Shown: positions 7,472 to 18,237, counted from the stretch's first letter. The stretch is 32,000 nt of DNA from Priestia abyssalis (GCF_002019595.1 NZ_KV917369.1:963815-995814); one strand, 5' to 3'. Program-made: numbers and translations. Notes: a model not told the origin generated them from the sequence alone.

Positions 7472-8794
7472 ATGATAAATAAAGTTTTAAATACATTGCT
7501 ATTCATTTGGTTCTTAATAGTTGTTTTTGATTCAAACTTAAGATATTTTTTAGTAGAGATAGGGTTCCCACAACTTCTATATATTAAAAATATGTTTTTT
7601 TTAGTGTTAATAATAGTACTTACTGGTAAAATTATCAAATCCTTAGAAACACCAAAATTTCTGATAAGTATAATTGCAATTATTATTATTGGCCTCTTAT
7701 TTGGTGTCTTGAATAATCTTGATTATATGCAAATAGGATATGGCTTATATATATTTATGCCATTAATAGCAGGAAGTGCATTTTCCTTCTACTATATGAA
7801 CAATAAAAAAATTCTATTAATAATGTATAGAATCTTTGTACCCCTAATTTTCTTAGGGCTCATTTTAGATGCTGTTATGGATTTACCGTGGGAAGGCTTC
7901 TCTTATTCAATAGGGGGGATAGAACTAGAAGGGAACAGAAGTTGGACGATTTCGGGCTTAGATCGCTTATCTGGGTTTCAAAGAAGCTCATACGACAGTG
8001 CTTTTTTACTTATTAGTTTAATGTCATTGTATATAATATATACACTTACGGAAGCCAAAAAAATCCGAAGAGTCATTTGGGAAAAAATAGATACAGGTAT
8101 CTATATACTTGGAATCATATCTATCGTCTTAACAACGTCTAAATCAACATATCTTTCTGTAATTTTGCTAACTGTTTTGTGGGGGTCTATAAGATTTTAT
8201 AGAAGTAGAATGCGCAGTCTAATTTTTTTGATTACAAAATTGTGCTTTGGTATTTTATTTGTTTATAGTTTTTTTCCACCCCTAATTAGTTTTACCGGTA
8301 ATTATTCAATTGATAGTATTTTGAACGAAGGCAACATCTTAAATAAGTTTTTCTTTCAATCTTATAATGTGAGAATGACTTATATGTGGCCTAACGCTTT
8401 TAATTTATTAGAAAGTAGTAACTTTACACCTCTAGGACGAGGAATAGGTGGAATAGGAAGTCCACAGTCGTTTTTCGAAAGAGATGTATATAATGCAGCA
8501 GATAACTTTTTTGTATATATATTTGTCATGTTTGGTTTAATAGGTCTATTTTTAAGTATATATTTAGTTTTAAGACTCTTATTATTAGATTTAAATAAAA
8601 TCCATAATTATCCTTTTATTTTTTTGTGTGTGATAGTGTTTTCAATTGGTGCAACAGCAAATGTTATCGAGTCTCCAGTATTATTACTTTTATTGGGTAT
8701 CTTGCTAGGGGAACATTGTAGATTATTAAATCAGGTCAAGCAAACAAAAGAAAGCTTTGAAATGAAAGAAGCAAACGGGCTTATGGAGGCTTAA
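7472..8794 (+). CDS. wzy: Wzy-like repeat-unit polymerase / O-antigen ligase family membrane protein
   Basis: A 440-aa polytopic hydrophobic protein with about 10 or more predicted TM segments and one larger loop. RBS AGAGGG lies 6 nt upstream. It sits inside a Wzx-containing glycan cluster. Confidence 0.7.
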   Translation: MINKVLNTLLFIWFLIVVFDSNLRYFLVEIGFPQLLYIKNMFFLVLIIVLTGKIIKSLETPKFLISIIAIIIIGLLFGVLNNLDYMQIGYGLYIFMPLIAGSAFSFYYMNNKKILLIMYRIFVPLIFLGLILDAVMDLPWEGFSYSIGGIELEGNRSWTISGLDRLSGFQRSSYDSAFLLISLMSLYIIYTLTEAKKIRRVIWEKIDTGIYILGIISIVLTTSKSTYLSVILLTVLWGSIRFYRSRMRSLIFLITKLCFGILFVYSFFPPLISFTGNYSIDSILNEGNILNKFFFQSYNVRMTYMWPNAFNLLESSNFTPLGRGIGGIGSPQSFFERDVYNAADNFFVYIFVMFGLIGLFLSIYLVLRLLLLDLNKIHNYPFIFLCVIVFSIGATANVIESPVLLLLLGILLGEHCRLLNQVKQTKESFEMKEANGLMEA

Positions 8795-9066
8795 TTCAGA
8801 TAGTTAAGTGATTTTTACAAGAGAATTTGTATAAGGAGCTATAAATTTTTACTTAGCACTCAAAGATAAAATATTTACTTTGACAAAAATCCACTCGACC
8901 TATTTAGACAAGAATAATCTTCAGGAAAGCTTGATTAATAATGATTAAATTAGAATGCAGCTGGTTGGTGCGGTTAAATTAACTATGATATCAATTAATA
9001 GTGAAGTTATTTTAGAGATTATATTTAAAACTTTAAAGATTAGAGTTTAAGGGGGAAGTTGGTTAC

Positions 9067-10191
9067 TTGAAAATTGCAATAGATTGTAGAAAGTTAGTAG
9101 GGAACAAAACAGGTATTGGTAATTATTTAGAGAGTTTATTGAGTAAATTATTAGAAATAGATTCTATAAACAAATATTACCTATTATTTGACTCTCTACC
9201 TCAATTTAAATATGAATCAGACCAAGTGGAAATTATTTGTATTAATAAATTCAGAGAGATTTTTCCAAGCGAACAATTATATAATGTGTTTTGGTTAAAC
9301 TTTCTTGTGCCTTCACGATTAAAAAAACTAAGTATAGATATATTCTGGGGGCCAAACTTTGTAAAACCAATATTTTTTCCAAATAAAAATAGTATCGTAA
9401 CTATTCATGACCTTGCTTTTATTAAAAACAAGGAAGATCATTCTAGATTTCATTCTTTATATTTGAATATTTATCTTCAATTGACTTTAAAGAAGAACTT
9501 AAAAGTGCTTACTGTGTCAGAATATACAAGATCTGATGTAATTAAAGAGTTTAATCTATCTGAAGAAAACGTAAGGGTATCGTATTGTGCTATTGAAACA
9601 AGAAACATTTTGCCGTCTAATAATCTATCTCTTCATCTGCCTAAAAACTATTCATTATTTGTGGGTACAACGGAAAAACGTAAAAATATTAATGTTATCT
9701 TAGAATCCTTGGCTTACTCTCTTCAGTATGGGCTTGAAACACTACCTTTAGTTGTGGTTGGTGCAAAAGGAAATGGGCTAGAAGAAACAAAGAAAAAAAT
9801 AAAGGAGTTAGGTATTGAAAAGCATGTATATTTTACTGGCTATGTAACAAACGAAGAATTAGCCTATATTTATTCAAATGCAAAGATATTTATTTTTCCG
9901 TCACTTTATGAGGGATTTGGAATTCCATTATTAGAGGCTATGATGTATGAAGTTCCTATCATTACATCGTCTGTCACTTCCCTTCCTGAAGTGGCAGACG
10001 ATGCAGCATTATATATTGATCCACAGTCCCCACAAGATTTATCAAGAGCCGTTAATAGATTATTAAAAAACGACTCATTACAAAAAGAATTAATACAGAA
10101 GGGTAAACAAAGATTATCTTATTTTAGCTGGGAAAAAAGTGCTTTAGTGTTACTTGACTTGTTAAGAGAAATGGAGAGTGAGTTAAAATAA
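9067..10191 (+). CDS. Glycosyltransferase, GT4 family
   Basis: TTG start with a GGGGGAAG RBS. The block FPSLYEGFGIPLLEAMMYEVPIITS matches the E-x7-E region of retaining GT4 enzymes. Confidence 0.88.
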   Translation: MKIAIDCRKLVGNKTGIGNYLESLLSKLLEIDSINKYYLLFDSLPQFKYESDQVEIICINKFREIFPSEQLYNVFWLNFLVPSRLKKLSIDIFWGPNFVKPIFFPNKNSIVTIHDLAFIKNKEDHSRFHSLYLNIYLQLTLKKNLKVLTVSEYTRSDVIKEFNLSEENVRVSYCAIETRNILPSNNLSLHLPKNYSLFVGTTEKRKNINVILESLAYSLQYGLETLPLVVVGAKGNGLEETKKKIKELGIEKHVYFTGYVTNEELAYIYSNAKIFIFPSLYEGFGIPLLEAMMYEVPIITSSVTSLPEVADDAALYIDPQSPQDLSRAVNRLLKNDSLQKELIQKGKQRLSYFSWEKSALVLLDLLREMESELK

Positions 10192-11453
10192 AGAAGGTTC
10201 TTTTAGTAAGTGCTGTTTTCCCTTATCCAAAGGATAATGGAAAGAAAATCATTTTGTCGTCTATAGTGGATTATTTCTTAGAAAGGGTTGGGAAAGAAAA
10301 TCTCTACTACTGTTATATTACTGATGAATCTGTAACAGAATCTATTGATAAAATAAGTAATATACACCAATTTAGAAATATCGGTTTATTTCAAAAGATG
10401 TTTAATCTAACTTTTTACACATTGTTGTTAAAGAAGAAGAGTATACAAGAAGCTTTATTGTACAATAAAGACTTAAGAAAGGAAATAAACAGAATTGTAG
10501 AGCGGAATAATATTGATATTATTGTATATGATACACTTCGGATTGCTCAGATGTTCGAGAATGATGATACTTATAAGAATAAAGAATTTATTTATCTGGA
10601 TGATTTATTTTCAGTAAGATATCAAAAAATGATTGATGTTCTGAAAAAATATCCCACTGTTAATTTAAATCCCTTAGGAAACTTTTATAAGTACGTGCCT
10701 AAAAGTCTAAGAAGACTTGTGAAATTGAGAAGTCTAACAAGGATATTATTGGAAACGGAGAAGGGGTTAATTTATAAACGAGAAATCCAATCAACGAGAA
10801 ATTTTAGGCATAATTTGTTAATTAGCAGTAAAGAGGTTAATATTTTAAAAAAAAGAGCAGGTTGCTCTAATATTAGAGAAATTAGACCCTATATTGACTT
10901 TAATACAACGTATGATAGAAATTATAATGGTGAGCCTATATTTATATTTCTTGGGTTACTAAACATCCCTCATAATGATTTTTCCATCTGCGAATTCATA
11001 GAAAAAAATATTATTGAAATTATCCATCAAATACCTAACTTTAAATTAAAAATTATTGGGAAAAATCCAAGTGAAAGGCTAAAAAAACTATGCATGGATT
11101 ACGGAGAGCACATTGAGCTTTGTGGTTATGTAGAAAATCTAGAGCAGGTTTTTAAAGATGCTTGTGCTATGCTAATACCGCTTCAATTCGGAACAGGAGT
11201 TAAACTCAAAACACTTGAAGCTTTTTCAAGAGGGCTTCCTGTCATTTCTACAAGTTATGGAGTTGAAGGTATTTCTATTGATAATAAACATATTATTTTA
11301 GAAGAAAATATACTCAAATATCCTTCTCATATGAAAAATCTTGTTGATATTGAAGTCAATAATAAATATTCACTAAGTATTTATAACTTCTATAAGAATG
11401 AATATTCTAAGGATAAAATCTATAAAATGTATGATGAAATATTTCACTTTTAG
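10188..11453 (+). CDS. Glycosyltransferase (GT-B, GT4-like), probably with a non-canonical ATA start overlapping the upstream stop (ATAA)
   Basis: The ORF track starts at TTG 10254. However, in-frame sequence from 10191 encodes KKVLLVSAVFPYPKDNGKKII, a typical GT-B N-terminal beta1/loop. GGAGAG (10173-10178) lies 9 nt before ATA 10188. An in-frame TGA at 10179-10181 excludes any earlier start. The C-terminal block FGTGVKLKTLEAFSRGLPVISTSYGVEGI is also present. Confidence 0.75.
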   Translation: MKKVLLVSAVFPYPKDNGKKIILSSIVDYFLERVGKENLYYCYITDESVTESIDKISNIHQFRNIGLFQKMFNLTFYTLLLKKKSIQEALLYNKDLRKEINRIVERNNIDIIVYDTLRIAQMFENDDTYKNKEFIYLDDLFSVRYQKMIDVLKKYPTVNLNPLGNFYKYVPKSLRRLVKLRSLTRILLETEKGLIYKREIQSTRNFRHNLLISSKEVNILKKRAGCSNIREIRPYIDFNTTYDRNYNGEPIFIFLGLLNIPHNDFSICEFIEKNIIEIIHQIPNFKLKIIGKNPSERLKKLCMDYGEHIELCGYVENLEQVFKDACAMLIPLQFGTGVKLKTLEAFSRGLPVISTSYGVEGISIDNKHIILEENILKYPSHMKNLVDIEVNNKYSLSIYNFYKNEYSKDKIYKMYDEIFHF

Positions 11454-11560
11454 TTACCAAAGTGAAAGTAAGTACTAGCCTAAAACCTATTTTGTAGATA
11501 AACCATTATACAGTATTCTAAAACAAATTATTATACATTACCGGATAAAGGTAGGTAAAA

Positions 11561-12643
11561 ATGAAACATTTGCATTTATTCCCTAATGAGAAGTTCACGG
11601 ATCCATATATTAGTTTTATAAACACCAACTTTAATCCTGACGACCATTTTTTTTTGATTATAGGTGGAGTTAGTGAAGATAAGATAAAAATTAAGGAAAG
11701 AAAAAATGTAAGGAAGGTACCTAAGAACCTAAAGAATATATTAGCTTTGAACATGAAGATGTATAGTCATAAAAAAATACTTTTTCATGGATTAATTAAT
11801 AACAAGTTAATATTACTACTCCTTTTGTTACAACCTTGGTTGTTAAAAAGGAGTAATTGGATAGTTTGGGGAGGAGATTTATATCACTATTTATATAGAT
11901 CACGTAATATTAAATCTAATTTACATGAAGTATTTAGGCGTTTAGTGATAAGAAATCTTGGGACGGTTACTACATTAGTTGAAGGGGACTATCGTCTAGC
12001 TAAAGAGTGGTATAAAGTAAAAGGGAAATACCATCATGCAGTATATATTAACCCTATAAGTCTAGAATATTTAGATAAAGTTGAAACACTAGAACATGAA
12101 TATAAACACAGACAAAGAAAAATAACAAATATCCAAATTGGAAATTCTGCTGATCCTAGTAATAATCATGTTCAAATATTAGATTTACTTAAAGAGTTTA
12201 AGAATGAAAATATTAATATTTATGCACCACTATCATACAGTGGTAATCTGGCTTATGTCTCGAAAGTAGCAAGGTATGGAAGAGAACTTTTTGGTGAAAA
12301 ATTCATTCCATTATTTGATTTTCTAGAGCCTGAAGAATATTCGAAATATTTGGGGTCTATTGATATAGCAATATTCAATCATGAAAGGCAACAGGCACTA
12401 GGCAATATATTCGCCTTATTGTATTTAGGTAAAAAGGTCTATTTAAGAAGTGATATAACTAGTTGGGATTATATAAATAGCCAGTTAAATTTAGACGTGT
12501 TTGATATTTCAACAATAAGTGGTTTAACCTTCTCTCAGTTTAGGGCTCCTATTGATAAAGCAAAAAGTAAAGGGAATGTTGTTAAGCTTTTTTCACATAA
12601 TTATATTAAAAGCGTATGGGAAAAAATTTTTTTAGGTGAGTGA
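11561..12643 (+). CDS. WecF-like 4-acetamido-4,6-dideoxyhexose transferase (GT56 family)
   Basis: Blocks LFHG, WIVWGGDLY, IQIGNSADPSNNH, ERQQALGN and FSHNYI are colinear with E. coli WecF blocks FFHG, WHIWGADLY, ILVGNSGDRSNEH, ARQQGIG and FSPNYL. The WecF sequence is recalled from memory. Length is 360 aa versus about 359 aa. Confidence 0.75.
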   Translation: MKHLHLFPNEKFTDPYISFINTNFNPDDHFFLIIGGVSEDKIKIKERKNVRKVPKNLKNILALNMKMYSHKKILFHGLINNKLILLLLLLQPWLLKRSNWIVWGGDLYHYLYRSRNIKSNLHEVFRRLVIRNLGTVTTLVEGDYRLAKEWYKVKGKYHHAVYINPISLEYLDKVETLEHEYKHRQRKITNIQIGNSADPSNNHVQILDLLKEFKNENINIYAPLSYSGNLAYVSKVARYGRELFGEKFIPLFDFLEPEEYSKYLGSIDIAIFNHERQQALGNIFALLYLGKKVYLRSDITSWDYINSQLNLDVFDISTISGLTFSQFRAPIDKAKSKGNVVKLFSHNYIKSVWEKIFLGE

Positions 12644-12647
12644 GAAA

Positions 12648-13223
12648 ATGAACAGCTTTTACACACAAGAAGAATTAAAGAGTATGGGATTTAAAGTTTT
12701 AGGAAAAAATGTTTTAATTAGCAAAAAGTCAAGTATTTATAATCCTGAAAATATTATAATTGGCAATAATGTTAGGATTGATGATTTTTGTATATTAAGT
12801 GGAAAAATTGAACTGGGCAACTATATCCATATTGCAGCGCATTCTAGTTTGTATGGAGGAACTGCCGGCATAGTCATGAAAGATTTCTCTGGTATATCCT
12901 CCCGAGTAGTAATATATTCAGTCACTGATGATTACTCAGGGGAGTATTTAACAAATCCTACTGTACCAAATCAATATAGAAATGTCATTTCTGGGCAGGT
13001 TACTTTAGAAAAACATGTTTTAGTAGGGGCAAATTCAGTAATTCTACCTAATGTTACTTTGAGAGAGGGTAGTGCATTTGGATCGTGTAGCCTCGTTTCA
13101 AAAGATTCAAAGCCATGGACAGTAAATGTAGGGATTCCTGCTACTTACAGAAAAGACAGGTCTAGAAGATTGTTGGAGTTAGAAAATCAATTTTTAAAAG
13201 AGTTGGAGCTTAATAATGACTAA
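12648..13223 (+). CDS. Hexapeptide-repeat (left-handed beta-helix) N-acetyltransferase, VioB/WbbJ-like
   Basis: ORF 12636..13223. The preferred start is ATG 12648 (AGGTGAG, 7-nt spacer). Imperfect hexapeptide repeats include IGNNVRIDDFCILSGKIELGNYIHIAAHS. It is tightly coupled to the flanking genes. Confidence 0.8.
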   Translation: MNSFYTQEELKSMGFKVLGKNVLISKKSSIYNPENIIIGNNVRIDDFCILSGKIELGNYIHIAAHSSLYGGTAGIVMKDFSGISSRVVIYSVTDDYSGEYLTNPTVPNQYRNVISGQVTLEKHVLVGANSVILPNVTLREGSAFGSCSLVSKDSKPWTVNVGIPATYRKDRSRRLLELENQFLKELELNND

Positions 13224-14346
13224 AAGAATTAACGTTACAAAACCATTTTTACCACCTATTGAACAGTTTATTAAAAAAATAGAAGAAATATGGGAGAATA
13301 ACTGGTTAACAAATAATGGTCCCTTACACGAGCAATTTGAAAAAGGTGTTGTCGATTATTTAAAGGTTAGAAACGCTTGCTTATTTACAAATGGACATTT
13401 GGCTTTAGACGTGGCTATAAAATCTCTTGATTTAAAAGGAGAAGTTATAACAACGCCTTTTACATTTGCTTCTACCGTTCATACTATTACTATGAATGGC
13501 CTGACCCCTGTTTTTTGTGATATTGAACTGGGTACTTTTAATATTGATATTAATAAAATAGAAGAACTTATAACGGAAAAAACATCGGCAATAATTCCTG
13601 TTCATGTATTTGGGAATCTTTGCAATGTTAAGGCAATAGAAAAGATTGCACAAAAATATAATTTAAAAGTTATTTATGATGCTGCACATACATTTGGAGT
13701 AGAGTTGAATGGTAGAGGTATAGGCAGTTACGGTAACATATCAATGTTTAGTCTACATGCTACTAAGGTTTTTCATTCAATTGAAGGGGGAGTCTTATCA
13801 TTTAATGATGGAGCTTTAAAGGAGAAGTTAAATAAATATAAAAATTTTGGGATTTCGGGTGAAGAACAAGTAGATGTGGTTGGATTAAACGCCAAAATGA
13901 ATGAATTTCAAGCGGCAATGGGATTAGTCAATTTATCCTATATTGATGAACAAATAGAAAAGAGAAAAAAAGCAACATATGCATATCGTAACAACTTAAA
14001 AGATATAGAAGGATTAAGATATCTAGAAGATCAAGAGGGAGTTAAACATAATTATGCATATTTTCCTATCATAATAAATGAATCTATTTTTGGAATGAAT
14101 CGGGATTCTCTACATGAAAAATTACAAGATTTTAATATTTTTACTAGAAAATACTTTTATCCTTTATGTACTGATTTCAATTGTTATGATTTTAATTCAA
14201 ATGAATTGTTAAATGCTAAATTTGTCTCAAAAAACATTCTAACATTACCTCTATATAGTGATCTAAGCATAGATGAAGTTTTGAGGATTTGCGAAACGAT
14301 TAAAAGTATTCAAAAAGAAAAAATGCCGTTACTACAAAATTCATGA
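13216..14346 (+). CDS. DegT/DnrJ/EryC1/StrS-family PLP aminotransferase (WecE/VioA-like dTDP-4-keto-6-deoxyhexose 4-aminotransferase)
   Basis: Family-typical layout with the PLP-Lys block FSLHATKVF. It overlaps the upstream gene by 8 nt, which suggests translational coupling. Confidence 0.85.
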   Translation: MTKRINVTKPFLPPIEQFIKKIEEIWENNWLTNNGPLHEQFEKGVVDYLKVRNACLFTNGHLALDVAIKSLDLKGEVITTPFTFASTVHTITMNGLTPVFCDIELGTFNIDINKIEELITEKTSAIIPVHVFGNLCNVKAIEKIAQKYNLKVIYDAAHTFGVELNGRGIGSYGNISMFSLHATKVFHSIEGGVLSFNDGALKEKLNKYKNFGISGEEQVDVVGLNAKMNEFQAAMGLVNLSYIDEQIEKRKKATYAYRNNLKDIEGLRYLEDQEGVKHNYAYFPIIINESIFGMNRDSLHEKLQDFNIFTRKYFYPLCTDFNCYDFNSNELLNAKFVSKNILTLPLYSDLSIDEVLRICETIKSIQKEKMPLLQNS

Positions 14347-14467
14347 GATTAAACTTGCAACACGTTCCCAATTCTCTAGTAAGAATAATAGACACGTAAA
14401 AATATTATGAAATAAAGCTAGGGACAAGGTACAGAAAGTAAAAGAGTATTTTAAAGGACAATAAGAC

Positions 14468-15886
14468 ATGGAAGATAACTTGCTAAAAAAATTCTTAACT
14501 TTTTCTTATGGAAGTGGAATTGGGCTAATTATAGGCTTTTTTACTACTATGGTTACAACCAGGATTTTGGACCCAGAAGATTTCGGTAAAGCATCAATGT
14601 TTACACTTGCTATAAATGTTTGTACGATTTTCATAATATTTGGCCACGATCAATCATTTGTTAGGTTTTTTTATGAGGAGAAGGAAGAGAAAAGAGGCGG
14701 ATTATTATATAATTGCCTTAAAATACCTATTATAATAGCTGTTATTATAAGTCTATTAATCCTATTTTTCAGCAAACAAATATCACTATTCTTATTTGAA
14801 GAGAAAAATTTAAAAATTATATTTATACTAATATTTGGAATGATCATTCAAATTTTGTATAGATATGGAGTTCTGGTTATAAGAATGCAGAAAAAGGGGA
14901 ATCTCTTTTCTCTTTTAGAGATTTTAAATAGACTATCTCAGTTTGCTATAATAATAATATTGTTTTTTTTTATAGGACCAAGTTATGAGATTATAATTTA
15001 TTCAACTGTTATTACCCTAAGTGTATTAGCAGTCGTCTCCATTATGTTTGCAAAAAAGTTCTGGCACTACAGAAATATTTCACTTGAAAATTTAAAGCAT
15101 AGCAAGGCAGGGATATTAAATTATAGTTACCCACTAGTGTTAACAACTCTTATTACATGGTTATTTGAATCCTTTGATAAAGTAGCAATAAGAAACTGGA
15201 GTGACTTTCAAGAACTAGGTTTATACGCTGCAGCATTTAAAATTGTTGCCCTTCTAAGTGTAATTCAAGTAGCATTTTCAACTTTCTGGAGCCCAATATG
15301 TTATGAGAAGTTTGAAGCGGATCCAGAAGATAGAACTTTCTATGAACACATATCTACAATAGTAGCTTTTAGCATGTTTATAGTTGCTATTGTAACTATA
15401 GCGTTTAAAGACATTATCATTATGCTTCTTGGACAAGAGTATGGAGAGGCCGGAAAGATAATACCATTTTTAGTATTTATGCCTATAATGTATACTTTAT
15501 CGGAAACAACAGTTATTGGCATTAACTTTTATAAAAAACCTAAGTGGCACATACTAATTGCTGGTATTGTATGTGTAGTTAATATAGTTGGAAACTCAAT
15601 ATTAGTTCCACCATATGGTGCAACTGGCGCAGCTATATCTACTGCTCTTTCATACATTATCTTCTTCGGTTTAAGAACATATGTATCACTTAAGTACTAT
15701 AAGGTAAATTATAAATTAAAAAAAGTATATTTTGTAATTTTTACTATACTTTTATATGGTTTTTATTCTCTCCATAATGAAACTCTATTGGGTAGTATTC
15801 TTGTAGGCTTTATTTTCTTCTCAATCGTTATAATTGTATACTTTAGAGATTTATTAAATTTATATAGAAATTATAAAAACATTTGA
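14468..15886 (+). CDS. wzx: Wzx-type oligosaccharide flippase (MOP superfamily polysaccharide biosynthesis protein)
   Basis: A 472-aa protein with about 12-14 TM segments and typical Wzx size and hydrophobicity. Its stop overlaps the RBS region of rmlA. Confidence 0.8.
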   Translation: MEDNLLKKFLTFSYGSGIGLIIGFFTTMVTTRILDPEDFGKASMFTLAINVCTIFIIFGHDQSFVRFFYEEKEEKRGGLLYNCLKIPIIIAVIISLLILFFSKQISLFLFEEKNLKIIFILIFGMIIQILYRYGVLVIRMQKKGNLFSLLEILNRLSQFAIIIILFFFIGPSYEIIIYSTVITLSVLAVVSIMFAKKFWHYRNISLENLKHSKAGILNYSYPLVLTTLITWLFESFDKVAIRNWSDFQELGLYAAAFKIVALLSVIQVAFSTFWSPICYEKFEADPEDRTFYEHISTIVAFSMFIVAIVTIAFKDIIIMLLGQEYGEAGKIIPFLVFMPIMYTLSETTVIGINFYKKPKWHILIAGIVCVVNIVGNSILVPPYGATGAAISTALSYIIFFGLRTYVSLKYYKVNYKLKKVYFVIFTILLYGFYSLHNETLLGSILVGFIFFSIVIIVYFRDLLNLYRNYKNI

Positions 15887-15897
15887 GGTGTTGTTTC

Positions 15898-16791
15898 ATG
15901 AAAGGAATCATATTAGCTGGTGGTTCGGGCACTCGTCTTTATCCTTTGACAAAAGCAATCTCTAAGCAAATGTTACCAGTATATGACAAACCAATGATAT
16001 ATTATCCGTTATCAGTCTTAATGTTAGCTGGTATAAAGGAAATATTAATTATTTGTACTGCAAGAGACCTTGAGGGGTTTAAAAATCTCTTAGGAGACGG
16101 AAGTAAACTAGGAATAAAATTTGAATATGCAGTACAAGAGAAGCCAAATGGCCTTGCAGAAGCGTTTATTATTGGTGAAGAATTTATTGGGGATTCACCA
16201 GTTGCCTTAGTTTTAGGTGATAATATCTTTTATGGTTCTAATTTTGGTAATAGGTTGCAACAAGTAGCCTCATTATCTAAAGGGTGCACCATCTTTGGAT
16301 GTTATGTGAAGGACCCAAGGGCATATGGTGTTGTCGAGATAGATGAAAATATGAATGCTGTATCAATTGAAGAAAAACCTGAGCATCCTAAATCTTCTTA
16401 TGCGGTTCCGGGATTATACTTTTTTGATAACACAGTGGTGAAAATAGCCAAAAACGTAAGCCCCTCTGCACGTGGAGAGGTTGAAATTACTTCTGTGATT
16501 GATGAATACCTTCAAAGAGGTGAATTAAAGGTAGAAGTTATGGGAAGAGGTTTAGCATGGTTAGATACCGGAACTCATGAGTCACTCTTGGAAGCGTCTA
16601 ATTTTGTTGAAGCAATTCAAAAGCGACAAGGCTTATATATTTCATGTATAGAAGAAATTGCATTTCGTAGAGGATATATTTCAAAAGAACAGCTGATGAA
16701 ACTGGCTCAACCACTACTTAAAACCGATTATGGTAAATATTTAGTGGAAATTTCTAAAGGAGTTCAAAATAAAGAAATCGTTCATATATAA
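15898..16791 (+). CDS. rmlA: Glucose-1-phosphate thymidylyltransferase
   Basis: ORF 15883..16791. The preferred start is ATG 15898 (GAGGTG, 7-nt spacer), giving [18 protein letters not shown]. The remainder is RmlA-like, including LGDNIFYG and [10 protein letters not shown]. Confidence 0.93.
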   Translation: MKGIILAGGSGTRLYPLTKAISKQMLPVYDKPMIYYPLSVLMLAGIKEILIICTARDLEGFKNLLGDGSKLGIKFEYAVQEKPNGLAEAFIIGEEFIGDSPVALVLGDNIFYGSNFGNRLQQVASLSKGCTIFGCYVKDPRAYGVVEIDENMNAVSIEEKPEHPKSSYAVPGLYFFDNTVVKIAKNVSPSARGEVEITSVIDEYLQRGELKVEVMGRGLAWLDTGTHESLLEASNFVEAIQKRQGLYISCIEEIAFRRGYISKEQLMKLAQPLLKTDYGKYLVEISKGVQNKEIVHI

Positions 16792-16835
16792 GATTATATT
16801 TTTTATACAATAATTAGAATTAGAGGGAGTCTACT

Positions 16836-17894
16836 ATGAATATCTTGGTAACTGGAGGCGCTGGATTTATCGGTTCAAATTTTGTCAAACATATGCTTTC
16901 TAAATATGACTATACAATTGTTAATTTAGATTTGCTAACTTATGCAGGGAACCTTAAAAATCTTGAGGGAATTGCTCAGACTAGTCGTTATCATTTTGTA
17001 AAAGGGGATATTGGTGATCAGGAATTACTAAACGACATTTTTCAGCGTTTTGCTATAAATGTTGTAATTAATTTTGCTGCAGAGTCCCATGTTGACCGAA
17101 GTATAGAAAATCCTGAAGTATTCTTGAATACAAATATCTTAGGTACTCAGGTTTTGCTCAATACGGCAAAGCATCATTGGAAAGTTGATTCTTTTGATAA
17201 ATATAGCAGGGAATTTAAAAAAGGAGTAAAGTATATTCAAATATCTACAGATGAAGTCTATGGAACACTAGGAAAAGAAGGGTATTTCACGGAAGAGACA
17301 TGTTTATCCCCAAATAGTCCATATTCTGCCTCAAAAGCATCAGCTGACATGTTAGTGAGAGCATATCATGAGACATACGGACTACCTGTAAATATTACAA
17401 GATGTTCTAATAACTATGGTCCTTATCAATTTCCTGAAAAGCTAATTCCACTAATGATTAATAATGCTTTAAAAGGTAATTCACTTCCTGTTTATGGCGA
17501 TGGCAAACAAATTAGAGATTGGCTCCATGTAGAAGACCATTGTACGGCAATAGATACTGTGCTTCATAAGGGACGAGTAGGAGAGGTTTATAATATAGGC
17601 GGAAACAATGAAAAAGAAAATATAGAGATTGTTAAACTTATTCTCCGTTTTTTAGGGGAAAGTGAGAATTTAATAAAGTTTGTAAAAGATCGTTTGGGGC
17701 ATGATAGAAGGTATGCAATTGATAACACTAAAATTACAAGAGAGTTAGGTTGGTCCCCCTCATACACTTTTGAAAAGGGGATTGAAATGACAATTAAATG
17801 GTATTTAGACAATACTGATTGGATGGAATATATAGTATCTGGTGAGTATGCGAATTATTATGAGGAGATGTATAAAAACCAAATTAATAACTAG
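16836..17894 (+). CDS. rmlB: dTDP-glucose 4,6-dehydratase
   Basis: NILVTGGAGFIGSNF, the YSASKA (YxxxK) motif, and GDGKQIRDWLHVEDH. SDR-extended RmlB signature. Confidence 0.93.
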   Translation: MNILVTGGAGFIGSNFVKHMLSKYDYTIVNLDLLTYAGNLKNLEGIAQTSRYHFVKGDIGDQELLNDIFQRFAINVVINFAAESHVDRSIENPEVFLNTNILGTQVLLNTAKHHWKVDSFDKYSREFKKGVKYIQISTDEVYGTLGKEGYFTEETCLSPNSPYSASKASADMLVRAYHETYGLPVNITRCSNNYGPYQFPEKLIPLMINNALKGNSLPVYGDGKQIRDWLHVEDHCTAIDTVLHKGRVGEVYNIGGNNEKENIEIVKLILRFLGESENLIKFVKDRLGHDRRYAIDNTKITRELGWSPSYTFEKGIEMTIKWYLDNTDWMEYIVSGEYANYYEEMYKNQINN

Positions 17895-18237
17895 TTTGGT
17901 TTATTTTATTTAAAAATTTAGAGATTACAGTCGAGATGACACTTTACACATCAGAAACTTGGGGAGATTTGTAGTAAATGTTAATTTACTCTTGATGTCA
18001 AAAATATTTGCTAGCCTATAGAATGAACAGAGAAGTGTTTAAAAAACTAAAATTTCCATTATACAAAGTGGTTGTCCTGAGCAAACATAAATTCTTCTTT
18101 CCAGGCTGATTATATAGGGAGTATCCTTGTAGCAAGAAGTATAGAAGTGAAAGTTATTATGAAGAATTTACCAAAAAATATGTAAATAGTTGATGTTGAG
18201 GCCAGTTGTAATTTATCTATTTGCTTGAAGTGGTTTA

